The notes below the pieces were generated by a model. That model did no database searches. It was given only the letters and a program-made list of their open reading frames with translations, and was not told the DNA's origin. The position numbers were made by a program, and so were the translations under genes. A DNA stretch of 61,401 bases, filler included, from Dugesia japonica (lineage: Eukaryota): the NCBI GenBank assembly GCA_001938525.1. It is 5 parts of 5 records of this genome, joined end to end, with 100 filler letters (N's around TTAATTAATTAA, not from the genome) between each part and the next. Parts side by side here need not be neighbours in the genome. Positions count along the whole stretch, not along the records: positions 1 to 24,260 come from MQRL01537157.1; positions 24,361 to 35,715 come from MQRL01627549.1; 3 more parts are not named here. The stretch is one strand, 5' to 3'. Positions within the stretch are counted from its first letter, which is position 1, and each line of letters starts with the position of its first letter. Of this stretch, positions 14,601 through 25,849 are shown piece by piece.

Positions 14601-16043
14601 TAAACTCATATTATATCATCAACTAGCATAATAAGATAGTTATTCTTATATTTCTAGCCTTACAAAATTCGATTTCCAGCTGGAAAATTCTACGAGACTG
14701 TAAATTCGTTAATTCAGTGCTCAGACTTGATCTCAAAATCGAAGAAAAGTGAAACAGAATGCTACATGATATCAAGACTTTTTGTGACTGCCTAGTTAAT
14801 ATGGAAAATAAGCATCAAGTCAACACATACTTGTAAACTGGAAAATTGTCCTAGATACTCTTGTGATTTGATTCCTTGGCTCTTGAATAAATGAAAATGA
14901 TGGAATCCTAAGACAGTTAAAAATATTCAAAGAGAAAAATGGCAAACTTAAAACGGATATGATAGTTTTCAGTATTAAATGGATTTATCTGAATTTCCTA
15001 CAATACCTTAAATCTTGTGGATGAGACTATGTAATATATTAAACTGCTGGTAGTTAACAATAGATTGATAGAAGTGAAATTAAATGGAATATATTTTCAC
15101 TGTGAACTAATAAATGACAAAGAAATTTCAATTGATGGGAATAGAATTTAATCGGAAAAACTAAAGAACCAACCAGAAAAAACCAAGCCAAGAAAATGTA
15201 CTAATTAAGCAGAAATGGACCAGTAGAAGACAATGTTGAAGAGCCTAAGACACTATTGTCGGAGGTAGAAGCTGTACATTAACACATGTATATGTTTTTG
15301 ATTTAAACAAATCTTTGTATATTACTAATTATGTCAATTTTTCAATGAATCAAAATAATTAGAAACATTCATAAAAAGACTTAGACAAATCATCAAGGCC
15401 TCAAAATACCTCTCTTACAATAATTCCCAATGTTTCAGTAAAAATATTCGAATCAATCATCTTAATCAATCATCTTACAAATAATACTAAGTTTTCTGTG
15501 CAAAGATCTATATAATTCTGCGNNNNNNNNNNNNNNNNNNNNNNNNNNNNNNNNNNNNNNNNNNNNNNNNNNNNNNNNNNNNNNNNNNNNNNNNNNNNNN
15601 NNNNNNNNNNNNNNNNNNNNNNNNNNNNNNNNNNNNNNNNNNNNNNNNNNNNNNNNNNNNNNNNNNNNNNNNNNNNNNNNNNNNNNNNTTTTTAGATTCA
15701 TAAATTGAATAATAAAATAAAAGAGAAAAATTTAAAATTGCTTTTTGATAAAAATTAAACAGACCTAAAATTTCAACAATAATTGTTAAGCTAAATTTTT
15801 ATAATTTTATATTGGATGAAAATTTAGTAATAAATTTTATATTTGTTCTTCATATAATAAACAAAAAAAATTTCAAGGTTTTCAAATAATCCGTCAAGTG
15901 ACATACTTATACATATATTAATTCAATTAATTATACATATCATAATTTTATAGGCGTTCAAAAATGATATTGTCTTATAAATGACAAACTATTCATGATA
16001 TAAATATTCGTTGATTTATATAACACACAATTATCTAATAATA

Positions 16044-16975
16044 TTGGGTGGTTTAAAAAGTCATGACGCATTTTCACAACAGATGGTAATAGTTGATATT
16101 TTAAAACATTAAAGTTATTTGTAGTTTTGTTATTTATATAAATCATTAAACAGCGGACATTAATCTAATTAATCGGAAAAATTTTATTGATTTGTTATAA
16201 TATTGATAAATTTATCAATAGTTTTAAATGGAAGAAGAAAAAATGCAGTTGTATTTTATCAAGACAACGCAAGACCACACACAAGTTGGATGACCCGTCA
16301 AGAGAATTCTGGAGCTTGGATAGAATGTGTTGCCAGACCAATCATACTCGTGTGAATTTGCACCACCTGATTTCTATCTGTTTTTCTCTTTCAACTTATT
16401 TGCGCAATATAAAATTCAGATATATAATGTTATAAATCAGCACCTTGTACAATCTTTTGTATATAAAGACGATTCCTTCTATGAACGAGGAATCATAAAA
16501 CTGAATCAAAATTGGGAAAAGGTTATCTAACAAAATGGAAAATATATAATTTGGTTGATGTTTGTATTTTACATGAACACAGTTTTTAAAAAAAATAAAG
16601 AAATACGGGTGCTTATCCACGTTTTTCCCACAATTTTTTTGAAAATTGACATCGACCACAAATTTATTATAAAACATTATAAAACCAATGTTCATGTACA
16701 ACTGCCTTTAAAGCAGCATAAATACAGTTATATCATGAAGTATTTGTTCAAACAAATTGTTACTTGTGAAACGACATCGCCACATGAACTCACACAAGTA
16801 CTTCTAGCTGTACCAAAGTGTCGTCTGTTCCTGCTTTTGGCATAGTTCCATGAGCCTTCAATATTCTGCGTATGAGCACCTGTCACCAGATAAATAATTT
16901 GAGATTAATTAATGATTTTCAAAAAAATTGCGGGTGAAAAGTGGATAAACCCCGAAATGTGTCATAACTTTTTAA
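16044..16975 (+). mobile_element. internally deleted mariner
   Basis: Left TIR TA|TTGGGTGGTTTAAAAAGTCATGACGCATTT; QDNARPHT, FAPPDFYLF and FYERGIIKLNQNWEKVI fragments; right TIR remnant AAATGTGTCATAACTTTTTAA. Confidence 0.8.
16607..16952 (-). mobile_element. Merlin (IS1016/ISXO2-like) non-autonomous element
   Basis: ~40-bp imperfect TIRs (GGGTGCTTATCCACG.../...GTGGATAAACCC); minus strand reads VTGAHTQNIEGSWNYAK...YLCEFMWR. Confidence 0.8.
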
Positions 16976-17076
16976 TATGTTATCACAAGTCATAATTTCT
17001 TGGGAAAATTCAAGATAATTTAATCCACACATCAAAATCTTTTAAATACACGATTTTTTTTTAAGAAAACAGTCTA

Positions 17077-17299
17077 CTAAGTCTTTTCAAATTTATTTGC
17101 AGGAAATATTCTTTGAATATGCACTCCATTAATATTCATTCTTTCGGTTGAAAACTTCCTGTAATAATCATAACTGGAAGATGTTGGCCGCTTCCAATGA
17201 ATTATATCCTGTAATTTGTTAATTTGTCGATCTGGATCAAATATTTTTGGACTCAAGTATGAGAAGTTGTTAAAACCCAATCTGATTGGTTGCCGACTA
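17077..17299 (-). CDS. host gene of unknown function, terminal coding exon
   Basis: TTTTAAAG acceptor; phase-2 start matches the upstream exon; reads SRQPIRLGFNNF...KFEKT*. Confidence 0.65.
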
Positions 17300-18941
17300 C
17301 TTTAAAATAATAATCTTCAATTTTTTAAAATTATTAATAAAAAAATATTAAGACTTAAATATTAAAACAATATATTTTATTGATGTTGTAAAGCTGTTTA
17401 AAAAAAGGGAATTTAAATTTTTTGTATATTGAGATTAAATTTATTAAAATTATATTTATTTAATGTTTTAAATGAAATCATCAAAAAAAAAATAGTAGAA
17501 TAAACATAAAATTTTAACGTAATCAAACGTTAAGGAAAACGAAATTATGTGTTTTTTGTAGTGTGTTTTTTAAATTTAAAATTAATAAAATTTAAATATA
17601 TAAAATTTTTAATTAAATAGAGAATAAAATATTTTTAATGAAATGTTTTTTTACTGTATTTTTAAATTTATAATGATAAAATTTAAATAGAATAAAATAA
17701 AATATTTAATTTTAAATTGAAATATTTTGTAAATTCTGATATCTGATATTTTCTGCTTTGAATATAGATTTTTGAATTTGTTTGAAAAAAGCAAATTTGT
17801 GTACATAGTTTTTTTTTTGAGAATAAATTTTGTTATGGAATCGAAATTTGATATTAATGATCAGACAAGTTCTCCAAATTTATCTAACAATCTTAAAGGT
17901 CATTTAACTTTTATTCAATTATTATTGTTCACGGGTTCAAATTTAATACCAAAATCTTCGTTTATAATTTCAAATAATAAATCTAAGACTGCTTGAAAAA
18001 TTAAAATAAATGTTATAAAAAATTCAATACTTCAAAACTAATTAATTTACATGTAAATAAAATACTTAAAACATTCACAAATTACATATTTCCTCACAAT
18101 TATCATAAGGAGAAGAGGTTACATGAGTAGATGGATTACATCTACTTATTTGTAAATTTTTTAAGTGGATAAAATTCTTGACTTATTAATATTATATTAC
18201 TTTTAAAATAATTGTGAAATAATTTTAATTTTAGAGTTAGATTTATTTATATTAATGAATTATTTTATTTTAGATTGAAATTTTATTGAAGAATTGCGTA
18301 TGGAAATGTGATTTTTGGTAATTTGATTAGATGAAAATTAGAAAAGTTCATTTATTTTTCTTTAAAAAATTTTTGAGTGGAATTGAATTTTTATTATTGA
18401 AACTACACTATCATCAGAATTTTGTTTTAATCATACCAAATAAATTTTAAAATAAAAAATAATAAATAACTGAAAAATAAAACGTTTGAAACCATTATTA
18501 TCGAAATGTAAAACCTTTGTTCGTAAGACATTTCTTAATTTTTTTTCGTTTTGTTTTTTCCTCATCTCACAAACCTTTCTAAGGGTACTTTTCTATTTAA
18601 CTTTAATTTTAGTTTTTTTTCGAATTTAAATTTATCATCTCGCGTGCTTTTGTGAATGTAATTATTTTTATAATAGATCTGAAGAAAATGTTGCCATCTT
18701 AGAGTGGCTTTTAATCATACATTAAAATTTTTATTATGAAACTCACAGAAAAACTACAATAAAATGATAAGTTTTATAGTTTCATAATAGGTATTAATGA
18801 AGAGTGAAATTTTTATCGATTAAAAATGCTAATAAATCGATAATTAAGGAAACTAAAATGGTTATACTATCATGGGTGTCCAATTTTTTTATAATATTTT
18901 TTACTGCATGGATCTGATCATTAAATATCTTTGTATAAAAG

Positions 18942-18943
<2 letters not shown>

Positions 18944-19009
<66 letters not shown>

Positions 19010-19152
19010 NNNNNNNNNNNNNNNNNNNNNNNNNNNNNNNNNNNNNNNNNNNNNNNNNNNNNNNNNNNNNNNNNNNNNNNNNNNNNNNNNNNNNNNNNNN
19101 NNNNNNNNNNNNNNNNNNNNNNNNNNNNNNNNNNNNNNNNNNNNNNNNNNNN

Positions 19153-19216
<64 letters not shown>
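18944..19216. repeat. (TTA)n microsatellite spanning a gap (intronic)
   Basis: TAT/TTA run on both sides of the N gap. Confidence 0.95.
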
Positions 19217-19243
19217 GATATCATTATTATTATATACATTTAC

Positions 19244-19496
19244 CTGCATTTCAATGGATATTGAATAAACGAATTAAAGATTTGGTTAATATCTATGACA
19301 TTTGGTTTTAATTGATTATTCTGCTTAATTGTTATAGAATTTGCTGTTGAAAGGCGTGACCTCAAATCCGCAGACTTTCTGATATTAATACAACCAGCTG
19401 TAGTTGGACGCCGTTTTTGAGACTCGAATCTGTAATTTAAAGGCCTTGGAGAACATCGATATGGAATACTGAGGGAATCATTAATATCTTTTAAAT
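19244..19496 (-). CDS. host gene of unknown function, internal exon
   Basis: ATTTAG acceptor and AG|GTAAAT donor; 253-nt stop-free frame DLKDINDSLSIPYRCSPRP...YPLKC; phase 1 in, phase 2 out. Confidence 0.7.
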
Positions 19497-20498
19497 CTAA
19501 ATTAAATCTTAATCAACGAAAACCTAAATAAATATTTGATGTTATTTTGTTGATAATAATAAGGATCAAATCATTAATATGAAAAAGTAAAACAATAATA
19601 TATATTTTACTAATCAAAGGATATGAAGGTTAATATATTAAATTAAATATTTATTATTCATTTAGCTGAAAACTAGTATAATAGTATAATAGTATAATAT
19701 AGAACAGAGGTAGACAACCTTTTACATATTGCGGGTTAAAATTGAGCCTATTTTTCACTGACAGGAGGCATGGTGACTATAAAAAAAATCGAGTTTAGAT
19801 GTATTATATTTCTTATACAACTTATTTACATTAGTCATTTAATATTTTATAGTGTAAATCTAAGAATGTCATTTAAAGTTAATTAATGTTATTAAGTAAT
19901 TAAATATAATTTTAAAATTTTGTCTTAACAATTTGAAAAATATTGGGAGAGTGCTGTATGAAGCTTTAGATTAGATGATTATATTTCATAATCCAAGCAA
20001 TGTACAGACAGTCTTTCAATAAAATTAATTAAAAAATTTAGTTTTAAATTTTTAAATTTAATAGATTTTTTAAAAAATTTTAATACATTTAAAATTTAAA
20101 ATTTAAAAAGTAATGTTTGATTTTTATAGGTTTTAAAATTTTAAAAATATTATTATAGAAATTTTTTTTAAAAAAAGCTTCGATTAAAATTTGTTTTTTT
20201 GATTTTTAATAAACATTTTATTAGCGAGAAAAAATTTTTCAAAAATTAAGATTTTTGATTATAGCTATCTGATGTTCAGTGTAATGTTATTGTTTTTTAA
20301 GAAATGTATAAGTAAATAAGAATATAATTTTTAAAACACTATTATTTTTATTATTTTATTTTTATATTTTTTTAAAATTATTTAGAAATATTAAATATTA
20401 AAAAAATAACTTAAGAGAAATCAATTGACTTTCAGATCCCCTTTCTGGCCACTTTAATCCAAAAGAAACTTGGTGAAATATTAACTACCCAAATATAT

Positions 20499-21545
20499 AT
20501 GAAACTATTTCTCAGTGGACATATATTACCTTGGAATAGTAATACTACCATCAGCCAGAACATTTGTATAATTAAAAGTGAAAGAATTCGAGCAGAAAGA
20601 CTATCTTCAAATGAAGAAATGAAATTGATTTCTCTCAAGTTGATAAAAAATAAATTCCTAAATAACGGATACCCAAATAAAATTATATCAAAATATTTAT
20701 CTTTGAATATAAAATATAATAAAATCAAACCAAAAACCAACACAATTATTAAATTACCTTTTATTAATGAGAAATGTAGTCAAATCATGGAATTTATAAT
20801 AAAGAATTTTTAACTCAAACACAATCGAAGAATTATATTCAAAACGCAAGCACCTTTCTGCATCCAATTTTAAAAACCAATACAAAATTTTTGTGGTCCG
20901 AAATGCATTTGTGATGGTAGAAATATATGTAATAAGAAAATGTCACTTATAAAATAACATGCACCATTTGTCAAGAAAAATATATAGGCGAAAAAAATTA
21001 AGGAACATCTCAAACAAAAAGAAAGTGAAGTCTTCAAACACTTTTAACACAAACATAAAATTTTACAATAACAACATGACATTACATGGAAGACACTAGG
21101 AACCAGGCACATTTTTACACTACATAGAAAAAAACATGAGGAAATACTAATCAAAGAAGACAATCCTAAAATAAATGTAATTTACAATAATTAAATTAAA
21201 TTATTAAATTTAAATAAGAATTAAAATTAACCAATTAAAATTTTACAAAAATAAATTAATTCAAAAATTATTACTATTATAAACATAAATCTTGAATAAA
21301 TTAAAAAAGAAGATTTACTAATTAAATAAGACAATCCTAAAATCAATGTAATTTATAATAATTAAATAATTAAAATTAAAAAATTAACCAATTAAAATTT
21401 AGTAAAAATAAATTAATTCAAAGGAATTTACTATTGTAAAAGTAAATATTGAATGAATCAAAAAAACAATTCCTGACGAAGACAAAGTCGAAAATTAGAA
21501 TTATTATATAAAAATAAAAAAATTTTGATCGAAGCTTTTTTTAAT
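20499..21545 (+). mobile_element. Penelope-like element remnant (RT C-terminus, GIY-YIG, pLTR)
   Basis: NNGYPNKII, IKLPFI, VTYKITCTICQEKYIGE...KEHLK; followed by a pLTR-like segment with a hammerhead core. Confidence 0.8.
21468..21502 (+). ncRNA. minimal type I hammerhead ribozyme motif
   Basis: AATTC-CTGACGA-A-GAC(AAA)GTC-GAAA-AT-TA-GAATT: helix I AATTC/GAATT, helix II GAC/GTC, conserved CUGANGA, GAAA and UH. Confidence 0.7.
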
Positions 21546-21750
21546 GAATTCTAATTTATTTTATTTATATATTTTATTTCAATTTAATTTTCTAAACAAA
21601 CAAGAATTGATAATAAATAAAGTCGTTGAAGAATTTTAATAAATGTCATATTAAAATTGAAATTGAAAAATAAAACAAAATGTAAAATTTTCACAAAAAG
21701 AAAATTAAGAGTCCGATTATTCTTGGGAAATAATAAGAAAAAATACAAAC

Positions 21751-21982
21751 CGAAACATTGCACATGTTGTAAAATATTGGGTTCATTATGATGATTTTCA
21801 AAATTCGTATTATGAATAACAGCTGATTTTGCTCGTAATTTTCTTTGAAATACATTCGATGGAGGTTGAGGACTTTTCAATAAAGATATCATATTATTTG
21901 GAGAGTTTATTGCACTGATTTCATTTGAAATATTTTCTTTTTCCACGGTTTGTTTAAATTTCGGATTATTAAAAAATTGCAT
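21751..21982 (-). CDS. host gene of unknown function, first visible coding exon
   Basis: ORF MQFFNNPK...HVQCF preceded by TTTAG (may be an internal exon); G|GTTTGT donor in phase 1 matches exon 19244-19496. Confidence 0.6.
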
Positions 21983-22107
21983 CTAAATTTATTAATTTTT
22001 ATATTTACAAATAAATTAGTTTATTTATGATAAATAAATAAATTACACAATATTTATACTACGATAAGTAATTTGTACACAGATACTGCTGAAGATTTTT
22101 TCACTTA

Positions 22108-23352
22108 TTAGGTGTACCGGAAAGTAATGCATATTTTTTTGAAAAACAAAACACGAAAATTTTAAAAGATATAAAAATATTTTATTAAACGAAATGTCCA
22201 TTATTAACTACACATTTCTCTCATCTTTCAGGTAACTTGTGGATGCCGTCCCAAAAGAATTTTTCTTGTTTCGAGATGAACCATTCAGAGACTCATTTTT
22301 GGACATCTTTGTTGATTTAGAAGTGCTGCCCAACAAGTCCATGTGCCATTGATCGGAACAGATAAATATCTAAAATAGCAAGATCTAGTCAGTATGACGG
22401 GTGAATGAGTACTTCCTAGGCTAGATCTTTTAACATGTTTTTACTCCTTTTAAAGTATGTGACAATGCGTTGTCATGGAGCAAAATTACTTTACTATGTC
22501 TCTTGGCCAATTCTGGACGTTTAGTAATCAAACATTGTTCAGTTCCATTATTTGTTTTTGATAACGATCAGAATTAGTTTTACTTTGTTTTAGAAGCTCA
22601 TAATATACCACACCCTTTTGATTCCACCAAAAGCTGAGCATTCTTTTCTTTCCAAAATGATTTTACTTTGCAGTCTGTTTTGAATCTTGACCCGGACCAA
22701 GTCATGATTTCTTGCGTTTGGGATTCTCATAATAAATCCATTTTCATCTCATATCAGAATTTTATGTAATAAAGATATTTGTTCGTGTCGTTGCCGCAAC
22801 ATTTTACAGACTACTTTTCTGTTTTCTAGTTGTCTATCATCCAGTTTATGTGTCACCCATATCCCTACCTTTAAAATCTTGCCCATCGCTTTTAATTTAT
22901 CAGAAACTGTTTGCTGTGCAACGTCTAGTTACATGGCTAGTTATTTTTAAGTTTGACACGCATCTTCATCCAATAGAGCATGTATTTGTTAGTCTTAAAA
23001 TGCAGAATTGAAATTATCTTTTTTGAAGCGCTTAAACCAACGTTCACTGGTAGCCTGAGATGGTGCATGTTCCACATAGACATTGCAAAGTATGCGGTAT
23101 GTTTCTGCATCAGTTTTATCCATAATAAAATAGTGGATCATCACTACCAACAAATGCTCTTTACCAGGAATAAATTTTGTCATGTTTAAATCTAAAAATA
23201 CTAAAAATATTAACACTTTAATAATATTTAAATGTTTATCCTAGTAATCAATGAATATTCAAACAAAATNNNNNNNNNNNNNNNNNNNNNNNNNNNNNNN
23301 NNNNNNNNNAAATATATTTTAAAAAATCTGCATTACTTTCCGGTACACCTAA
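22108..23352 (-). mobile_element. full-length mariner (Mos1/mauritiana-like), disrupted transposase
   Basis: TIR TTAGGTGTACCGGAAAGTAATGCA at both ends with TA duplication; MTKFIPGKEHLL...ERWFKRFK, LLHDNA and IYLFRSMAHGL fragments. Confidence 0.92.
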
Positions 23353-23711
23353 TATAAAAAGAAAATCTTAATTTTTATGGAGATGAATATAGTTTTTAAT
23401 TAATTGCTCATATTGAGTTTTATTAAATCTCAATTCAAAAATAAAAAGTCAAAAAGTTTATTGCATATAAATGGTTCAGAGAAAAAAAAACATTCTTAAA
23501 ATAATTGAATTACTTCAAGAAGAACTTAAAAAATTTTATTTTGTAAAACTTTTGATATTCAACTTGCGCTAAAGTCATAGTCAAAAAAACTCTTTTATGT
23601 TGATCCAACGTTTAGTTACATTTGCTATTAGTTTCAAATTTATATGCATAACTATGATAAATTGTTTCTTTGTTTATTTGCATCAATTGTTTATCTTATT
23701 CTTTTCTTAAA

Positions 23712-24240
23712 ATGAGTGTTTTAATTGAACAAAGAAGTTACGTTAAATTTTGTTTGAAAAATAAAAATAATGCAGCAAAACGCATAAAATGTTTCAGAAA
23801 GAATTCGATGATCAATTTTTATTGAGAACAACTGTATTCAAATCGAAGAAGCTCGTTAGAGAAGGTAGTGAATCAATAGAAGATGCACATAATTATGGTA
23901 ATGCATCAAAATAAATAATTGTGGAAAATTTCAAAGAAAAATAAAGTAAAGCAGTAAAAACATCGTTACTTGACCGTTAGAAAGTTTTCTGAAGATGTTG
24001 GAATATCAACAATTTTAACTGAGGTTTTAATCAAGAAAAAGTTCATTCCAAATCATTGAATATGTAGTAAAACTAAAATCTTGTTGATGATTCTTAAGAT
24101 ATACTTGAAAGAGTGAATAAAAAATGAAATTCATCCAATGTATTAAGACAATTTCTTTTTGCACGGTTGATTAATGAAACTACTTCCAGAAACCAAATTT
24201 AAGTAAGTGTAATCAATGAAAGAAAAAACGAAGGATGTAC
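23712..24240 (+). pseudogene. mariner transposase remnant (EQR..IKFC type)
   Basis: MSVLIEQRSYVKFCLKN...KMFQKEF...RTTVFK, heavily decayed. Confidence 0.6.
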
Positions 24241-24260
24241 TGATGGAAATTCAAAAAAAA

Positions 24261-24360
24261 NNNNNNNNNNNNNNNNNNNNNNNNNNNNNNNNNNNNNNNN
24301 NNNNTTAATTAATTAANNNNNNNNNNNNNNNNNNNNNNNNNNNNNNNNNNNNNNNNNNNN
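24261..24360. other. artificial scaffold spacer (N44-TTAATTAATTAA-N44)
   Basis: The same 100-bp structure recurs at 35716-35815, 44314-44413 and 52868-52967; the 12-mer has stops in all six frames. Confidence 0.95.
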
Positions 24361-24483
24361 GCATGTAAAATATAAAATTATTAAACCGGAAAAAAATCAC
24401 GTGGCTTTTCTCGCATTAAAAATATAAAATAAATTCTCGCATTTAAAATAAAAAATAAAATTATTAAATTTTTTCTATAGAAA

Positions 24484-25205
24484 ATGAGTACACAAAATAA
24501 AGTTGTTCCAGAGAAAATAACTACTGAGAAAATAACTACTGAGAAAATAACTACTGAGAAAATAACTACTGAGAAAATAACTACTGAGAAAAAACAAAAA
24601 AAAAAAAACAAGAAGAACTAAGTCCAAAAAGTATTATGGATTTAATAATTAGTGTTGTTGATATTAAAAATGATGATGTAGATATGATAGTAAATTATAC
24701 AAAATGTGATTTTACTAAAAAAGTTTCTGAACATAATTTAAATTATCTTAATCAATTTTATAAAGAAGCAGATACTTTACCTATAAGCGATGAAAATAAA
24801 ATGATACTTAAAAAAAGTGGGACTTTGTTAATGAAAATATTAACAAGTGATCAATGTAAAGGTTTATTGCTTGAATTAATAAAAGGAAAATATAATAATG
24901 CTAAAAAAACTATTGAAGAATATAAGAAAAAGTTTCAATTAGAAAGAGATGAACATAATGCTCTTTTAATGAAATATAATGAAAAACCAAAACCCAAAAT
25001 TGCTGATTTTATTAATATTGAATTTAAACCAGTATTAGTAAAAGGTGAATATTTACCTATAAAATCTGGTGATATTATTAAATTATATGAATCATTATCA
25101 GATGATCATGATACACTTAATGAACTTTCTGTAGATTATTATGTACCAATATCTACAGAAGGAATTAAATCAATTGCAACCGCAGAAGCTATAATAGATT
25201 TTTAA
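24484..25205 (+). CDS. Maverick hypothetical protein with EKITT repeats and a coiled-coil-like segment; 1-nt frameshift in an A13 run
   Basis: The 189-aa ORF at 24636 is open upstream to the A13 run (24596-24608); one extra A would join it to ATG 24484. Confidence 0.65.
24511..24592 (+). repeat. 15-bp tandem repeat x5 (GAGAAAATAACTACT), encodes EKITT
   Basis: Five perfect copies in frame with ATG 24484. Confidence 0.95.
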
Positions 25206-25208
25206 GAA

Positions 25209-25559
25209 ATGGACGCAGTTTTTTATAGAATGTTAAGTGATTATAATTTTAAAACTGGCTCTATAAAAAATTTTTCTAAAATAAATAATATCAATGAAAA
25301 AACTGTTAAAAAATATTTAAAACAATGGAATATTGAATATAACACTAGAACATGGAATCCATCTAGAAATCTACAAAGAAATTCAAATGGTAGTTTTATA
25401 TCTGCCATCGATCGTTTTGAACCCATTCAATATGAAAATAAAAAACCTATTGTTATTTCTTTAGATGTGCAAAATAAAAAACCCATTGTTAATAAAATTA
25501 ATTATGATGAATTAGGAGAAATGATGAAAAAAATCATACAGTATGATAACATAACGTAA
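25209..25559 (+). CDS. Maverick hypothetical protein, possible N-terminal HTH
   Basis: 116-aa ORF 3 nt after the previous stop; SIKNFSKINNINEKTVKKYLK has HTH-like spacing. Confidence 0.6.
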   Translation: MDAVFYRMLSDYNFKTGSIKNFSKINNINEKTVKKYLKQWNIEYNTRTWNPSRNLQRNSNGSFISAIDRFEPIQYENKKPIVISLDVQNKKPIVNKINYDELGEMMKKIIQYDNIT

Positions 25560-25654
25560 GATAACACAATAGTAACACAATAGTAACACAATAGTAAGAT
25601 AAAATAAACATAGAGCCGAAATAATACACTAAAATATTACTATAAGAAACAGAC

Positions 25655-25849
25655 ATGAAAAGAATAATGGTTAAATATGATCTTTGTAAAAATCAAAAAA
25701 TAACAGGTGATCAATTAAGAAAAATTATGAATGAAATAGAAAATAAAAAAGAATTAACTGATAAATATACTCGTGTTAAAGTTCCACATGAATATAAAAA
25801 CAAGATTAAAAGAGTTTATGTAAAATTTATCTCTAATAAAGAGACATGA
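25655..25849 (+). CDS. small basic Maverick hypothetical protein
   Basis: 64-aa ORF whose stop overlaps the MCP start (ATGA). Confidence 0.5.
   Translation: MKRIMVKYDLCKNQKITGDQLRKIMNEIENKKELTDKYTRVKVPHEYKNKIKRVYVKFISNKET

Noticed and set aside
22058-22105. Extra upstream mini-exon of the host gene (VKKSSAVSVYKLLI)
   Set aside because: Phase fits, but the donor (GTAGTA) is weak and the acceptor region is disrupted by the mariner; unsupported without RNA data.
24305-24316. TTAATTAATTAA palindrome recurring four times, as a biological site
   Set aside because: Always centred in an exact 100-bp N block; it is a six-frame-stop assembly linker.
24511-24592. CRISPR-like array
   Set aside because: Head-to-tail 15-mers with no spacers and no cas genes, in a eukaryotic context; it is a coding repeat.
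24381-24611. Minus-strand ORF with VVIFS repeats and other shadow ORFs (25241, 28017, 32332, 37902, 38169, 40023, 41239)
   Set aside because: Antisense or alternative-frame shadows of better-supported genes.
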